From: Carcharhinus longimanus
Lineage: Eukaryota
Length of the DNA: 64,000 nucleotides
Direction of reading: 5' to 3'
Assembly (NCBI GenBank): GCA_030264375.1
Contig: JASCQW010000001.1
Location: 141,930,722-141,994,721, forward strand
How positions within the stretch are numbered: the first letter of the stretch is position 1; the number at the start of each line of letters is the position of its first letter. Positions 48,801-61,915 of this stretch are shown here, piece after piece. The notes below the pieces were generated by a model. That model was not told the origin of the DNA, made no database searches, and saw nothing but the letters and a program-made list of their open reading frames with translations. The translations under genes and the position numbers were made by a program.

Positions 48801-49959
48801 GCTGCTTTAAAACATGTGTTCTTAATTGTTTCATATGTGATACTAATGAACATGTAAATATTCATTAGTATTCTTTGCAAATATACTTGCATATTTGTCT
48901 ACTAGAAAATAGAAGTCATGCAAATCGCAAACCTTAAGTAAATTGACTGTACAACAGAAGCCTTTTGCTTGATATCTGCCTATTTCTAATGTGCCCCCCT
49001 CACCAATCCCCTTGCGACCAACCCCTCTACTGACCCCAAGAGCTTTGATGGATTTAAATCTTTTATTTCTCTTCCCTTTCGATCCAAATTGGTTGGGAAA
49101 GATTTAACAAAGATTTGTCCTAATACTTGTTGGATTAGTGTAAAATGTTACCCCTGTTGTTGTGACAATTTTGTGTTCGTCCATGAGAGATCCAAACTGA
49201 GGATGTATGAAAGACCTTTTTTGTTTATTGACTTGGGTTAGTAATGTGTGAAGTTGCCTGATGTAAATCAACCTCTGCTTCCATGAATGCTTTGCCACGA
49301 GAGTGATATAGTCCTTTTATAGACTAAAGAGACCTTTATAAAGGTTTCACTAGGAGTCTATGAATAATCCTTTAGCTAGAGTGCCTTGGCATTCATCAGC
49401 TTGTTAATGATGGAATTCAGTATCTCATTTAAATTATTAACCTTTATACAATTTTATATTAAGCACCTCAAACATTGCTCCACTTTCATCAGACTTGTCT
49501 GGTACTATGTGAATAACTGTACAATGGTCAATGACTATGTCAGAACTATTTTTTAGAACAGTTGGGGTCACTTCCTAATCTTTTATCACAAATGCCATAC
49601 AATTATTTGAAGAATCCTTAGTCTTAAAATGCTCGGGTATGTGTGAAAACACTTAATATGCTTGTATGAAGTGTTTTATCCACTATTTTAGTGAAGATAT
49701 CAACCATTATGTGGATTAACTTTTCTATTAATATAACAGACAAAATCAATTTTGCAGCAGCAATCTTTCTCATTCACCCGATATTTGGTTAGTTTCTTCA
49801 TTTTTCTCAGGTTACGTTAACCATGATAAAAGCTTAATAGTTATGCGAGCACTTGCTGCAGTATAGTCAGGTTCAAAAAAAAATTCTGTGTTGCTGTTTT
49901 TGGTGCAACTTGCTGAATATGAGTCAGTTGCAAAGAGTTGATGCAGACAATTTAATAGT

Positions 49960-50075
49960 AGGGTGTTAGCAGATCAGCTGCCTATTTTACATCTCTCCAA
50001 GTTTCATTTCCATTGTCTTCAGTGGAAGGGAAGTCTGGAGAGATCTTTAATGGGTGACTAATCAATATTTTTCAT
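49960..50075. repeat. Imperfect hairpin, MITE-like
   Basis: atctctccaagtttcatttccattg / cagtggaagggaagtctggagagat inverted around tctt. Confidence 0.5.
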
Positions 50076-51971
50076 TTTACACTATCACCAAAATATTAAA
50101 GTCCCCTATAGGAGTTTTATTTGGTGATGTGCTGTACCTGCCTAAGAGATAACTGAATTGCAAACTGGTGCAAACTTCTCCCCATTGCATATAAATTATG
50201 CACAACTAATATGAATAGACAATATAAAAACACTGGAAGACAATGTCTTATTCTCTTACAGTCCCATAATCTTTATTGTGAACCATCATCTAAACAAAAA
50301 AGAGCAAAAAGTCTGCTCTTTTTGTCTTGCAGCTTTCTGTAAGCCATTCTTTATTTTTTTCCCCCTTTTGAGCCCTAACATCTCTTTGTGTTTAAAGTCA
50401 GTAGTTCAACTGGATGCTTGTGATTTGTATGGGACTAATCTTGAGAGAGAGTAATGAGCATTTTTCATTTAGCGAGCTGTTGACAAGGCATTTAAACTAA
50501 TGCTCTTAGAGGGTCATTAGCCTTTTCAGAGTTATTCGGATAGTTAGTGGAAACACTAAAACCCTGTGTCTTCAAGCCCTGATTAGTGACACTTTGATAA
50601 AGTCATCTGAAGTTCCTTGGACTGAATTTTCTACCTTTTCTGCTGTTTCTATGGTCACTGTGAAACGACCTGTATTCAGGCTTTTATGCAATCTTTTTAA
50701 ATGCAACTCGTTTAAGAGTTTTGTGTAATTCTGTGCCTAAAATTTCCCACTTGGCCTCAAAAAGTGTATTTATGAACAGCAACAACAGCATTTTTTTCCC
50801 TCCCCCTTCAGTTTTCTTAAAGTGACAGGGATTGACTAAACAGAGCCTTTTAAGTTGACAAAAGGTTCAGGAAATCTTTACACATTTTATTGCCGAAAGT
50901 TTCACAAGGGCCAAAGGAAACAAAGACGTTTCTCTTCCACTTGATTTGATAGGAAGGCGAGGATGAAGTTTGGGGCCGAGATATATCTTAACATTCCCTG
51001 AATTTTTCTAAGCAGAAAAAATACTATGGCTAATCAGTCACAATCAAATCATTCATGGCTATCTCAGATAGAAGGGATTAATGCATTATGTATTGGATAA
51101 CGAGCAGACTCAACATTTGAAACACGTGAGAACTCAGTAAAAAAAATGACTGCTGGGAGTTGTTTCACAGGAGATGCAGAGTCAGGTCATTGACTTGATT
51201 TTCATGGGAAGACTGACTAAGGACTGGGAGCTTTCAGAGTGTGAGTAGCGCAGTATTGACAGCTGCAGTTTTGGGAGGGGAGTGTGCAGCATTGTGACAT
51301 GCTTTGTTGAGAAAAAACAAGAGATGGTTTGAACAAAGATGTGAATGGAAACACTGGGTTCTGTGTCCCATCACTGACTGACTCCAACTTGTTACTGCTT
51401 GGTAAATCATTACTTCTCCAATATAAATTATTACATAGCAGGGGCAGTCACAAAACAAACAAATGTTTATCTGTTTGTACAAAAACAAATGCTCCTCTGC
51501 ATACTTAGAGAACTGCTGGAGTTCTAGCTGCTTCTTTTGTAGCAAGGTATTGTTGGAAGAAATACTTGTTTAAAGTTTACAGCTTGCTTTGGAAACTACC
51601 TATTTTCACAGATCGTGTTGACTGGAACTTTTCTTGGCTATGAAGAAAGAAAGCTTTCTCAAGTTTTGTTCATATTAATTTATGTAGATTTTTAAAGTTT
51701 TGCTGCATAACTCATACCCTTTGTGATAGAATGTTGTTTCAAGAAAGTCTCGATTTTTGCTTGACCTCGAAGAGAAAAGTTGTTGACGTGGTCCCTTATT
51801 TTGGCTTTGAAATTGGAACTATGAAAACATCCATTGGCGCACAACTAACTCCTCTGTTCAAAATAGATTCAAATGTGGATGCAGCAGCATTGCTGATCTC
51901 AAAGGGACAGAATTACCAAAAAAAGTCTGTAAATATGACACTTAAGGAAAGTTACTTTTTTTTTAATTTCA

Positions 51972-52200
51972 CAGATATGGGCTTTACTGGCAAGGTTGGC
52001 ATTTATTGCCCAAACCTAGTTCCTCCCGACTAGCTAATACAGAAGTGCCACAATGCTGTTAGATCTGGGGTTCCAAGGTTTTGACTCGATGATGATGAAG
52101 GAGTTCCAATATCTTCTTAAGTTAGGAAGATATGCAATTTGGAGGGGAACTTGAAAGCAGAGGTGTTCCCATTTACCTGCACCTCATTTCCTTCTAAGCA
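51972..52200 (-). mobile_element. LINE 3' end (same family as 4155-4452)
   Basis: gatatgggctttactggcaaggttggcatttattgccc...ttggaggggaacttgaaagcagaggtgttcccat. Confidence 0.65.
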
Positions 52201-54655
52201 GCATCCACATAGTTTCTAGTTTGACTTACTTGTGCTTTTGCAATTATTTAACTATTACTGGGATAAATAAAAACAAGTGAAATATTTGCAGCAATTTATC
52301 CTTCATTATCTGATACCAAGTTTATCTAGCATCCTGAGATCGTTAATCTGCTTTTGCTTGGTTACTTTATGTTAACCATGGAAAGGATGTTCTTCAACCC
52401 TTCTGCTCACCTAGGTGAGCAACTGCACAAGCAACATTGCAAAGATATCTTTTCAGGTGTATAAGTAGACAATATGCAAGAATATAATCTCAGCAGAATT
52501 TCTAGCTTTATCTTGGTTGTAGGAATGATTGCACTCTACTTTTGAGAACATAGCACTTCTGAAAATATTCATAAGACTTAAGTTATTTCATAATTCACTA
52601 TTTAACCAACTAACAACTACAGATTTACCAAAGCAAATGTTTCTGTATTTTTGTTTGTTGAACAGTACTGCTAATAGGGCTCCAGTTTTAGTCAGAAGTA
52701 TTATCAGTATCTGATGATTAAAATCAACAGCAGTTGATTCTCCTCCAGGAGTCTGGAAAATTCCCAAATGGGCTTGTCCGCCACAGCAGAAAGTTCCAGG
52801 AAAGGTGGTATTTTCATTTTGGGACAAGAAGTGCAAGCTGCAGTTGGGTCAACTGACCTGGGAAGAAGTTCAGAGGCTGCCACAGTGAGCTGGTTAAAAG
52901 ACTCACCTTGATATTTTGGGTCTTTGTCCCAGCTGTAATGAAAGTAAGTAAGGGCCTCTAGCCCTCACTCCCCGCACCCCCTCACTCCCCGCACAATTCC
53001 CATACCCACATCCATGACACCTCATGCAATCCCATCTAACCCTATGGTCCCTCCCAAATTATGCCCCACACCAAGGCTTATTATGCATTCTTAGCTGAGA
53101 GCCGAGAATCCGTTAGATTATTGAAACAGCTGAGCTGGGAAGACATTTCTTGATTGACATTTCAGGCTTTCTGATCTATTCTGTCAATTACACCACGTTT
53201 AGTTATACAAGATAAAAGGGGTTCCAAGTGCTTGCAGTTTTTGCTATTATTGCTTTAAAATGTCTAGATGATTGATACTTTTATTGCTGTGTAGTAAAAA
53301 GGAGATTTTTTTTAAAGAAAGTGAACAATACATGACTTTTTAAAATCTTTCTTTACATATACTATTGTCACTGTAGAGTTCATTGGTCTTTACAGTGTGT
53401 AGTAGGTGAATGGGTATAGAAGTGCCATAGCTTTCCATGGGGGAGGGGCACATGAGAGCAGCGGGAAGACTGGTTGAGGGCTGTACCTTGGCAAGAGAAC
53501 ATGAGAGGTTGTGGGGTGGGGGGGAGGGACATACCTTGGCATGGAGGGGTGCCATGAGGACTGCTTTAGAACTTACCTTTCAAAAGATTCTCTCGTACAG
53601 ACTATGGTTCTGAAAAGACTGGCCTGACACCATGAAAACTGTGGAGGATTAGGTCAGGTCTATCTCTCAGTGGAGCCTGCCAAGTTTGCGAGCCATACTG
53701 ATGTGCACTGATCTTGCATAGCTGTCATAAGGAGAGATGTAACAGCAGCCTGTTAAAGTGCTTCCTGTCTGTTTGTGCTTTCATTCTCAACCTGGGTATT
53801 ACTGGCAATAAAAAGGATTGGGTTGCTAGGCCATGTGAACGCTTGCACATATACTTCCTGATTTGCTCCTGCAAGGTTGATTTTAAGCTAGAAATAAACA
53901 GGGTTCCCAAGTTTAACTTGCTGTAAGATACTGGAGTTGTTATGTAAGATATTTTCACTTGTTTGAGCAAAAGGTTCAAATCAATTTTTAGTTTGTGTTC
54001 ATATCTAAATTGTGGAAATGTGTCTGTGCAAGGGAATGGACAACAGTATTCTTGAGGTTTTTCAGCAGCACCATGAGTAAAGCACTATTGAAGTTCAATT
54101 TCATCATAAATAAGCACATGATGTGTCTGAGGTTAATCCACTGGTGTGATCTTCGTGGAGGTGGCTAATTAAAAGCTCACTGTACAATTAAGGATTGTAA
54201 GCAGGTGGGAAAACCAAGCAGAGTGCCTGAGGCTATGAGCGGCAGTTGCTAATATAGTAGAATCCTGAGGTCACCTCATGGTAGAGTTGCCCCCTGAAGA
54301 TTTTTGAATTTGTTAAAATAAAGCATGACCACAGCTGCCAGACCATCAAAGGTAGAACACTCCACTGGATAGCCTGTGCCCTTGGCCTTTGCTCCTCTCA
54401 GATTCAGGGATTTACACCAGCCCTGCTCTGCACATTATCCTGCCTCATCCATGCATCATGTTGATCAACAGCTAACATGGGTGCGCAAACTGATGACATT
54501 TTCGGCAGGCAACTTCATATCTTAAATCAGGCACCCTCCATTCTGCAGCGGGCAATCTTCCTGTACCTAACTTCTGGTAAATTAAAATGGTTAGGTCAGA
54601 ATGAATTACTGACATCACCTTAAAATTCATCTCTACCTTTACCATTTCCATCAAG

Positions 54656-54656
<1 letters not shown>

Positions 54657-54690
<34 letters not shown>

Positions 54691-54700
54691 GGGGGGGGGG
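54657..54700. repeat. (TG)n microsatellite followed by a G run
   Basis: About 16 TG units then G10. Confidence 0.95.
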
Positions 54701-54840
54701 AGGGAATGGTGGCGGATGTTAAAATGCCCCTTGACCTTTTTGATTTATGTTACCTCTGTTTCCACGCACACAATTTGTTTAGGCATGTTTGTTGTAGGTG
54801 TATAGTAGCAGTATCATATCAGTTTCATCAGCCCCATCTT

Positions 54841-54995
54841 TGATTTATTTGATTTGATTAATTGTTGTCACATGTATATCGGTATACAGTGAAAAGTATT
54901 GTTGCTTGCGCGTGAAACAGATAAAGTATATCGTTCATAGACTACGTAGGGAGAAGGAAAGGAGAGGGTACAGAATGTAGTGTTACAGTCATAGG
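54841..54995 (-). mobile_element. LINE 3' UTR/tail, Rex1/Babar-like
   Basis: Minus strand caatacttttcactgtataccgatatacatgtgacaacaattaatcaaatcaaataaatca, ending in a (TCAAA)-type tail. Confidence 0.5.
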
Positions 54996-56826
54996 TTGGT
55001 TTCCTGCATGCTTCCAATTATACAGAAAATACAAAAATTCTATTTTTCAGTATTATACTGTAGAAAGTATGTCTTTCTAAACTGAAAAGTGCAGATGGTA
55101 CCTCAGGGGTTAATAAGTAACTGGTGCAATAATTGTTTTGTTCTTTATAGAATTTGTAAAAACAATGCAGTGCAAAATCCTGTTTCTATTTATGTAGAAG
55201 CACTATTTGATAATCTTAGTTATTATTTCCTTCCTTTATGTGACGGTAGGTTGACAATAAATGTGAGAAAAATAGTGGAAAATGGTTCTTAGACAAATAT
55301 CTCTTAAAAATAATTGGGAACAGTAACGAGCATTGTATCAGAGCTGATGTTTCACTCAGTTAGTCGATTAGCTGCTTTGTCGCGTGTTAGTTTTGCAAGT
55401 ATCTTAATGTGGAGCAAGATATTCTGAAATACACAACGTATTAAAACAAAATTGCATGCTCAGTCAGATTCTGCTAATTCCAAGTGTGCCAGGAGGATGC
55501 ATAAACTACATATTTTCATTGTGTCTGCAGAATGTAAACATTTTAAAGTCTGTATGAAGTCTGGTACTTAGAGGCTGCATGTGGATAGAAATTTTCTGTT
55601 AGAGATTTTCCTTGATTGACATCAAGAATTTACCTCCACTCATTCATGGTGCCTCAATGGGTGAAATTTCTAAAGATTATTCAAATTGCATTCTGCGACG
55701 TATACAAATTATAACAAGGGAACGCCAATTAACCATTCCCAACACTTGCAGAAATTCAACACTGCTTAAAACTCTGCAAACTACAATACTGTGAAAGCAA
55801 GATGGACTTTGTTTTTGCCTCATGTGGACTGCATATTCTGTACCTTGTTGCAAGTCGGCAAATGTTACAGATCTGGAAGTGTTGCTAAATGTACTGGCTA
55901 GAGAAGCAGGTGAACTTGAACACCTTTGTGGAATAGAGAACTAGGTTTCCATTTCTTTTCCAGTTAGGATCACAGTATTACATTGCAGAATTATCCAAAC
56001 GTGAGTGCAGGAAACCTTTCAGGACCCATCAGTGAACCATCTTAATTAGCAATTTATTAAGAGATCATTGATTATTGCAGACTGACTTACTAATGGAGTC
56101 AGTCACCTCGTTTTCTATCTTTCCTTTGCCAGGCATGTTTTGAGTCAGTTCAATCCGAAAGAGATCTCAATTGCAAGCATCTTTCTAATGTTTAGGGATA
56201 CATGGTGCTTAAGATTAATTGACTTCAATAAACAAACATGCATAGTATTAACTCTTCAAAATAAATGACCATATTTGTGCTGGAATTATGAAGTAGTGCA
56301 GGTTTCAGTTAAACCACTCATCAAAAATTAAATCAATTAATTAAAAATGAAAGGATTAAACTGAGTAACCATACAGCAGATTAACAACATTCCTCCTTCC
56401 TCAAGGCATACCTCTTTAATGTTTGTATCTATCTTGCTTACTAGTGGGAATTTTGGATGAGAAGGAAGTATTTAAGGAGGAGGAGTTGATAAATCATGCG
56501 TCATAAATCAATAGTAAGAACTTTCTGCTAAGCATACTGGCAGACTGTGTACCGTTTTGTATTATATATGCAGATTGATAACCTTTATTTGAAACCTTTG
56601 GGGTCAATTATATTTTGGTTTTCTGATGTTTTTGGTTTTTGGACCTACCATCTACACAGTAAGCAAAAGACTACAGGCATTAGAATAGCCGATGCCTTGG
56701 AAAGCTAGTGTTGACAAATATTAGCTTGTTTCTCCTTTTGCTAACTTTCAGACACCCTACTTCTTACCTGCTAATCCTAATTATGACTGTAAAATAATAT
56801 TACATTTCTTTCCTAACATAGAAGTA

Positions 56827-56930
56827 AGAATGTGCAAACTCCACACAGACAGTGACTCGAGCTGGGAATTGAACCCCGGTCCCTGGAGCTGTGAAGCAGC
56901 AGTGCTAAACACTGTGCTACTGTGCCGCCC
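56827..56930 (-). mobile_element. V-SINE head only (tRNA part and start of V core)
   Basis: Minus strand gggcggcacagtagcacagtgtttagcactgctgcttcacagctccagggaccggggttcaattccc...ctgtgtggagtttgcacattct. Confidence 0.8.
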
Positions 56931-57074
56931 TGTTCCTATAGTGAGGTTTTTCCATGAACAGGTCACCAGCCTGTCGCAAGAGGCTTATAGCTTGAGGGAC
57001 AACACTCCACGTCAAGCATGTTGACCGCCTGACTCTTCTGCTCTTATTGCCTGACATTGGCATGTTGGAAGGAT

Positions 57075-57205
57075 TTCACCTGCTACTTAACCTGTTGGCT
57101 GCATTATGAATGCACTTTCCATGTCTACCAAGTCCTGTCATGGGACTCAAATCTGGAGCTTTCGATTCAGAAGCAGCAACACTATCCACCAAGCAACAAG
57201 ACCTC
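57075..57205 (-). mobile_element. Old tRNA-derived SINE fragment of a different family
   Basis: Minus strand gaggtcttgttgcttggtggatagtgttgctgcttctgaatcgaaagctccagatttgagtcccatgacaggacttgg, with decayed A/B boxes. Confidence 0.4.
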
Positions 57206-57240
57206 AAGTAGTGCTTGAGGAAGAAAAAAACATGAATTAT

Positions 57241-57377
57241 GGCTGAAATTCTCCGTCCTGGCTTGCAGTTGGGACTTTCTGGTGCTGCTGAGAGTGAATA
57301 GAGTTTTGGCGGGGGCACCAAATTTTCCATTCTTGCTGGCAACAGGTCATGCCACAGATGAGACTGGAGAATCTGCC
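57241..57377. mobile_element. Small MITE-like element
   Basis: ggctgaaattctccgtc ... gactggagaatctgcc imperfect TIR, similar in style to 37857-38051. Confidence 0.45.
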
Positions 57378-57689
57378 TTGCGTCATTTTGTGTTATTCAG
57401 CCTTTTATTTGCTGTGTTTAAAAAACCACACCATAATGGAACATAACAGCACATACATCTTTGGATCTGGGAGTGTACCATTGGACTGTTCAGCTTTTTG
57501 GGCCTTGTTAAAGGATCATCTTTTACTCATTTATGACAATGAGGCAGTAATCGCTAACATCCAGCAATGCTATTCCTCTGTTTTAAATTTATTTTCTTTT
57601 TTATTGCGAATAAAGAAACCTCATCAGCATGCAAACTTTAAAGATAAAAAGCAGAACAGAACGTGGAGGAAATAAATGAAAACATGATG

Positions 57690-57832
57690 CCAGAAAAGTA
57701 CTGCAAGCCCATCAGCAGATGAATACAACAAGAAAGCAGCAGATTATTTCAGTTAATGGTAACCTGTCTTTTATTTCTTCAGATGCTCATAGACCTATTC
57801 CACATTTCCATCATTTTCTGTTTTTGTTTTTA
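57690..57832. mobile_element. Highly decayed family-A Penelope-like remnant
   Basis: cagatgctcatagacctattccacatttccatcattttctgtttttgtttt resembles 21438-21480; a similar remnant lies at ~15782-15850 (-). Confidence 0.4.
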
Positions 57833-58869
57833 AAATTGAAAGCACTTAGCTGCCTTGACAAGGAAGCCTCACCATCAGTGTTCCAATTCATAATTCTGCT
57901 AATCTTTAACACTCTTTATTTATCTATTTTTGTTGGGCTTTAGTTTGAAAGCTGTTTCCCAATTCTGCCCCCTTTTGAGTTAGCTGGTCTTGGCTAGGGT
58001 ATACAATTCCATGAGCACCAGCTGCCATTTGGTACCTTGCCAATGCAGTAGACCTCCATGAGTAAGCAGTGATTGTCAGCAAGTCATTCCATCACAACAG
58101 AACCCAGAGCTGTCCTTATCCTATTCGGACACACATTCACTTTCCCACTGGCTATGGATGAGGAATGGAAACACAGCTGAGTTCTCCCTATTGGACTCAA
58201 GACACAAACGCCAATTGTGGTGCAATTACTGTTGTTCTGGCTGAGATCACCGGATGGGATCAATTCTTGGACACGTTTTGTATGTCCTCCCACAATACTT
58301 TTGTAAATGAATAACTTGAAACTTTTTTTAAAACCGATCACAGAATCTTATCATGTGAGGCTTAATATACGCAACTAGAATTTCACAGTTACTGAATCAG
58401 TTAATGACCATAATTACTGATGAAAGCTCAACTCACTCATACTTTTGGCATATAAGTTTTCCTGGATGAGCAACCTTGTTAAGATATCAAATGTTTCCCA
58501 CAAACCAAAATATCAGAGCATCCTTCAAAACCAACTAAAATAATTTGACGCTTCTCATGTCTGAGTAGGCTGATATAATGTGCGGTGAAACGGTTTTCAA
58601 CCATAGAGACCAGGAAGTGACAGTTTCATTCTCTATCTATTTTCAGTTAGTTAATCCCATTAGCTCCAGATTGGGGTGCACTGAAAGTGTTTGCAGGAGC
58701 TATGGGGGGAGGGAGAAGGAAAAGAATTAGCCAGAGTTCTTCTTTGTAATTGCTGATTTGCTTGAGCGGACCTGAGGTGAGCCAGAATTAGGCCTAGCAA
58801 TATCGCCTTGGTGTGCCATAAGTTATTATACAAGGCACATGAAAAGTGGACATTTGAGTAAGGTTCCAG

Positions 58870-59128
58870 AAAGTCATTATAAAGGGGGGGCGGTTTAGAA
58901 CGGAGTTGAGGAGGAACTTCTTCACTCAAAGGGTGGTGAATCTATGGAATTCTCTNNNNNNNNNNNNNNNNNNNNNNNNNNNNNNNNNNNNNNNNNNNNN
59001 NNNNNNNNNNNNNNNNNNNNNNNNNNNNNNNNNNNNNNNNNNNNNNNNNNNNNNNGGCGGGGCAGGCTCGAAGGGCCAGATGGCCTACTCCTGCTCCTAT
59101 TTCTTATGTTCTTATGTTCTTATGTTCA
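58870..59128 (+). mobile_element. CR1 LINE 3' end with (TTCTTATG)n tail, spanning a gap
   Basis: Translates RRNFFTQRVVNLWNS; ggctcgaagggccagatggcctactcctgctcctatttcttatgttcttatgttcttatgttc. Confidence 0.85.
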
Positions 59129-61915
59129 TTGCCACATTCACAGTGGTACCTGGTAATAGCTCCACATACTTCCATTGCATGGTCAATAATCAGTTGGAAA
59201 TTCTTATTTCTTGATGGCCAATCTCAATCATGTTCATGTGGGAATTATCATAAATTTAATATTAATTTGCTGTTCCTTAATTTATCAACTTAATTGATCT
59301 TGGTAGCTTTCAAGTGCCGTTTGAAATGTGAATGTACAAATGGATAAGATTCAGAGTTGATGATTTATTTTGTCCCAAGCTGCTAATTTCAGAACGAAAT
59401 GCAAATTTAATATAGATGCAGATCATTCATCTTGTCATTACGGATAGAACAATGAAGGAGATGGGATTTTCTTTGTGATGGTTTTGTATGCTTCAAAAAA
59501 AACAGAATCTGCTTCGCATTTCAGTGAGAGAGACGAATCTGGGGGACATGATGGTTTGCAATAAAAGGGGGGAAATGGACTGCATTGAAATGTTCCTTAA
59601 AGTGGATCGATTCCTCCTAATCTGCATATTGTAACTGCTCAGATATTATGATGCTGGCTACAGATGGCCTATTTTCTGTGCAGACTCCACCCAGTGGATA
59701 ACTGGATGATAAGTATGACTAATATCAAGCAAAGTCCTAATAAAATAAAGATGGGTGCCTGAAGGCTTCAGAATTAAATTGAAATGCGGATAAATGGGGA
59801 AAAAAGAATAAAAACACTTGCAATTTAATTTTTAGCCAACATGTGCCTTCTGTGTTCCAATTTTTAATTCCCCAGTGGTGCTAGTATATTCACCTTTGCA
59901 AACAGTGATTCTCAGATGTTGAAAAAGCAGAATTTTATGAGAGATGAACACTGATGTCATGGTTGGCTGCAAACATGGTAGAACTCATCCGGTACTGATC
60001 TTAAATGCAAAATACATGCTTCCCCTCAGCAAAGAGGAATTGCACAGCATTGTTTTCTTGCCAAACCTTCTGCTTGCCAGTCCCATGTGCTGCCATGTTT
60101 TTCTCCTGTATGAAAATCATGGTTCCCTTGGTTGTTGAGGTTTTGTCTGGTAATATGGGCATTATCTTAGAACCAGTCGAATGCTCATCCAGCTTTCCCT
60201 TTCGATCCCTTTGTCTGACTCTCCCTTTTTGATAAAGAGTCTTAAGAGAGCGGAGAAAACTCATTGCAAACAAAATTGGATATAAAACAACTACCCAATA
60301 ATTTTTTGGCACTTCCTTATCTCAAATAGATGCTTCAGGGGTTCATTAATTCATTAACAATTGGAGGTTAATTTAATGTAGTCACCATATTGAGTTGTAT
60401 GTTATTGTCAAGTATGATTAACCTGCAATATGCATATTAGTTTCTCCTATTGTTTTGCTAAGTGTGTAGAATAATGGGAATAAATTGCTTGTCTCAGAGG
60501 ACTGGACTGTAATAAACAGAGTACAATACCACACCTTTAGAAAAATGCCTGTCAAAAGCTAATGTGAACAAGGCTTCCAAAATTTCAAATGTTGGTGCAA
60601 GCCAGATGAAATACATCTTCTGATGATTCTGACTGACTTCAAATACAAGTCTAGTTTGAACTGAGAAGCAACAATTAGAACCTCAGGTGCAAATGACAGC
60701 CCTATATCGGACGGTTTATTAATTCTGAGCATGGCCCTGAGATTAGGCATAAACAGAAGCTAAGAATCTGGAACACATAAGCATCTAGACTTTCAAGTCG
60801 TAGATTCGAAAAGAGTAAAGTANNNNNNNNNNNNNNNNNNNNNNNNNNNNNNNNNNNNNNNNNNNNNNNNNNNNNNNNNNNNNNTCCAAATTCCAGTAGA
60901 ATGGTTTGAATTATAGACTCAAAAAAACAAACCAAATGGTCAGAATCCAAGACACGCAAAGGCCACAATAATATCAGTTCAATCCAATTTTTTAAAAAAG
61001 TAAGAACAAAATGTGGAATCAAAATGTGAATAGATTTAAAGAGACTGCAGAGCTTGATAGTAAGGCAATTCCACTGGAGAACAGACCCAACAGCTGACAA
61101 AGGTTTGCAGCAACAAAAATATTATTGCTCTGGTAATACCACATACCACAAGAAAACCAAAAAGATTTCCAAAATCAGTCAGTTTTGATAAAAGTCTGCT
61201 GAAGAGCATACCTTTATGTGCATGATCCAATGCAGTGAGGACAGTTTGGTGACAGAATATGTCCACTGAACAATCAGAAAAGCTACACATCCAGTGTAAC
61301 TTTTATTAATTTTAACTCTGAAAGAATTTAGAAATCAGAAGTTAATCGTAGATAAACCTCTGGATTAGAATTTGCATATCAAGTTTTAGTGAAATCATTC
61401 ATGTGGCATTTTCCTTTAATTATTTTAACTATCTTCTGGGCATTGTGTGCATGTAAACCAGTTGGGCAGTGGAACAGCTTGCACTCAATCTACACAGACA
61501 TTGACCTCCCTGCTCTATTCATGGCACCCATGTTTTAGATATCGCAGCTTACACGTCTACATTTGAGTGTGCTCCATGCTGAATATACGCACAAAGGTGC
61601 ACCCACACCAAGATACCAAAATTGGACTACAGATTCTGGCAATACCGGAGTTGTCCATACTTAAAGATAGCATGCTGAAACAAGATGAGCCCTGCAGAAG
61701 TATCATTTAAAGGACCAGACACTCTAGCTGTAGATAAGTAAAATTTATTGAATACCTCCCACTGGAAAATATTTGCCAGTACTCAGGAGTGTCATAGAAG
61801 TGTTTTGTCATCTTTGCTGCCAGAGTGTTGCTGCATCTTTAAAGGGATGGCAGAGAAGTAGGTGACCTGTTCTCTCTCTCACACGTTGCAAAAGGTACGT
61901 TGCATCAATAACAGT

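Noticed and set aside
49785-49840. Strong acceptor tttttctcag|GTT as the next FAT4 exon
   Set aside because: The phase-0 frame reads VTLTMIKA*, with no DINDN motif and no nearby donor.
50295-50325. Hairpin with T run resembling a rho-independent terminator
   Set aside because: Vertebrate intron context; bacterial terminators, operons and CRISPR arrays are not supported anywhere in the window.
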